Under the pieces are notes generated by a model that did not search any database, had not been told where the DNA came from, and saw only the letters and a program-made list of their open reading frames with translations. Position numbers and translations under genes: made by a program. Below are positions 30,809 through 32,000 of a DNA stretch of 32,000 bases, in pieces. The stretch covers positions 3,330,001-3,362,000 of the forward strand of contig NZ_LN831039.1 in assembly GCF_001457595.1 (NCBI RefSeq), written 5' to 3'. Origin of the DNA: Mycolicibacterium smegmatis (lineage in GTDB: Bacteria; Actinomycetota; Actinomycetes; Mycobacteriales; Mycobacteriaceae). Within the stretch, counting starts at the first letter, position 1, and every line of letters begins with the position of its first letter.

Positions 30809-32000
30809 CCACAACCGTGCTCGCATACCTGCCCAGCCCCTCTCAGGGCGTCTGGCATCTGGGCCCGGTACCGATCCGCGCGTACGCGCTCTGCATCATC
30901 GTCGGCATCGTCGCCGCGCTGGTCATCGGTGACCGTCGTTGGCAGGCCCGGGGTGGCGAGCCCGGCGTCATCTACGACATCGCGCTGTGGGCCGTGCCGT
31001 TCGGCCTGGCCGGTGGCCGGATCTACCACGTCATCACCGACTGGAAGACCTACTTCGGGCCCACCGGAAAAGGTTTCGGCGCGGCTCTGCAGATCTGGGA
31101 GGGCGGCCTCGGGATCTGGGGCGCGGTGGCGTTCGGTGCGGTGGGCGCGTGGATCGCCTGCCGCCTGCGCGGAATTCCCCTGCCCGCGTTCGGCGATGCG
31201 ATCGCGCCGGGCATCATCCTGGCGCAGGGCATCGGCCGGCTGGGCAACTACTTCAACCAGGAGCTTTACGGCCGGCCCACCGACGTGCCGTGGGGTCTGG
31301 AGATCTACGAACGGCTCAACAAGTTCGGGCAGTCCGATCAGCTCAACGGGGTGTCCACAGGCCAGGTCACGGCCGTGGTCCACCCCACGTTCCTGTACGA
31401 GTTGATCTGGAACATCGCGGTTTTCGGCTTCCTCATCTGGGTCGACCGCAAGTTCCGCATCGGTCATGGACGGCTGTTCGCCCTCTACGTGGCGTCGTAC
31501 TGCGTGGGCCGGTTCTGGGTCGAGTTGATGCGCAGCGACACCGCGACCGAGTTCGCCGGCATCCGCGTCAACACCTTCACCTCGACGTTCGTGTTCATCG
31601 GCGCCGTCGTCTACATCATGCTCGCACCCAAGGGCCGCGAGGAACCGGAATCGTTGCGTGGCAAGGCCGCCGACGAGACCGAAGAGGGCGACGAGGAGTC
31701 CCTGGTCGACGAGGCAGGCAAAGAACTGGTGGCGGCCGCCGCCGGAACCGGGGTGGTGGCTGCCGCCACGGCCGCGGCACGTGAGGACACCGACGACACC
31801 GACGGGACCACCGACCCCGCCGCGGCGTCCGACGAACCCGGCGACGAGGCCGAACCCGAAACCGAAGCGGCCACCGCGGTACTCACCGCGGATGGCGCCG
31901 AGGCCATGTCGGTCGACGAACAGCCCGACGATGACGAGGCCGTCGACGAAGGAGCCGGTCAGGAAGCCGAAGAACCGGCCGACGAGCTCGTCGAACTCGC
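30805..32000 (+). CDS. lgt: Prolipoprotein diacylglyceryl transferase (Lgt) with an acidic low-complexity C-terminal extension; the 3' end lies outside the window
   Basis: Absent from the ORF track because it has no stop in the window. I translated frame 1 from the TTG at 30805 (TTGA overlap with trpA): [28 protein letters not shown]...GRLGNYFNQELYGRPTDVPWGLEI...HPTFLYE. I checked codon by codon from 31261 to 32000 and found no stop. The GTG at 30817 is an alternative start. Confidence 0.92.
   Translation, partial: MTTTVLAYLPSPSQGVWHLGPVPIRAYALCIIVGIVAALVIGDRRWQARGGEPGVIYDIALWAVPFGLAGGRIYHVITDWKTYFGPTGKGFGAALQIWEGGLGIWGAVAFGAVGAWIACRLRGIPLPAFGDAIAPGIILAQGIGRLGNYFNQELYGRPTDVPWGLEIYERLNKFGQSDQLNGVSTGQVTAVVHPTFLYELIWNIAVFGFLIWVDRKFRIGHGRLFALYVASYCVGRFWVELMRSDTATEFAGIRVNTFTSTFVFIGAVVYIMLAPKGREEPESLRGKAADETEEGDEESLVDEAGKELVAAAAGTGVVAAATAAAREDTDDTDGTTDPAAASDEPGDEAEPETEAATAVLTADGAEAMSVDEQPDDDEAVDEGAGQEAEEPADELVEL

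Noticed and set aside
30939-31784. 281-aa ORF-track entry (+) in the lgt region
   Set aside because: It is in the wrong frame. Its Arg/Gly-rich translation has no motif, whereas frame 1 from 30805 gives canonical Lgt sequence (GRLGNYFNQELYG) and stays open to the window end.

Overview
High-GC actinobacterial chromosome. Gene order and protein sequences look like a fast-growing mycobacterium (Mycolicibacterium smegmatis-like), syntenic with M. tuberculosis Rv1568-Rv1614. The window is mostly core biosynthesis. It holds a split biotin cluster (bioA', bioF, bioD ... bioQ, bioB, bsaP), a divergent nrtR/nadABC NAD cluster, a histidine operon (hisD-C-B-H-A(priA)-impA-F-I) and a tryptophan operon (trpE, membrane gene, trpC-B-A) running straight into lgt. 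Most operon junctions are ATGA/GTGA/TTGA start-stop overlaps. Two stretches are not core. (1) Between nadC and hisD lies a signal-peptide-bearing PGRS-type glycine-rich repeat protein with no PE domain. Upstream of it is a roughly 370-bp AT-rich tract, then a LysE-type exporter and a Ddn-family protein. (2) Between hisI and the bcp/trpE block lies a gamma-class N6-adenine DNA methyltransferase. Its stop overlaps the start of a 330-aa ORF I cannot assign to a family. This is a compact R-M-like or defence-like pair and the best candidate for something undescribed. Regulatory signals read directly from the sequence are three TGAAC-N3-GTTCA (BioQ-type) operators that share a TAACCT flank, a 3x26-bp tandem repeat in the bioF leader, and a 23-bp palindrome centred on TATAAT between nrtR and nadA. 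I saw no rRNA, tRNA, CRISPR array or IS element. All homology statements rest on my recall of motifs and orthologues, not on searches.
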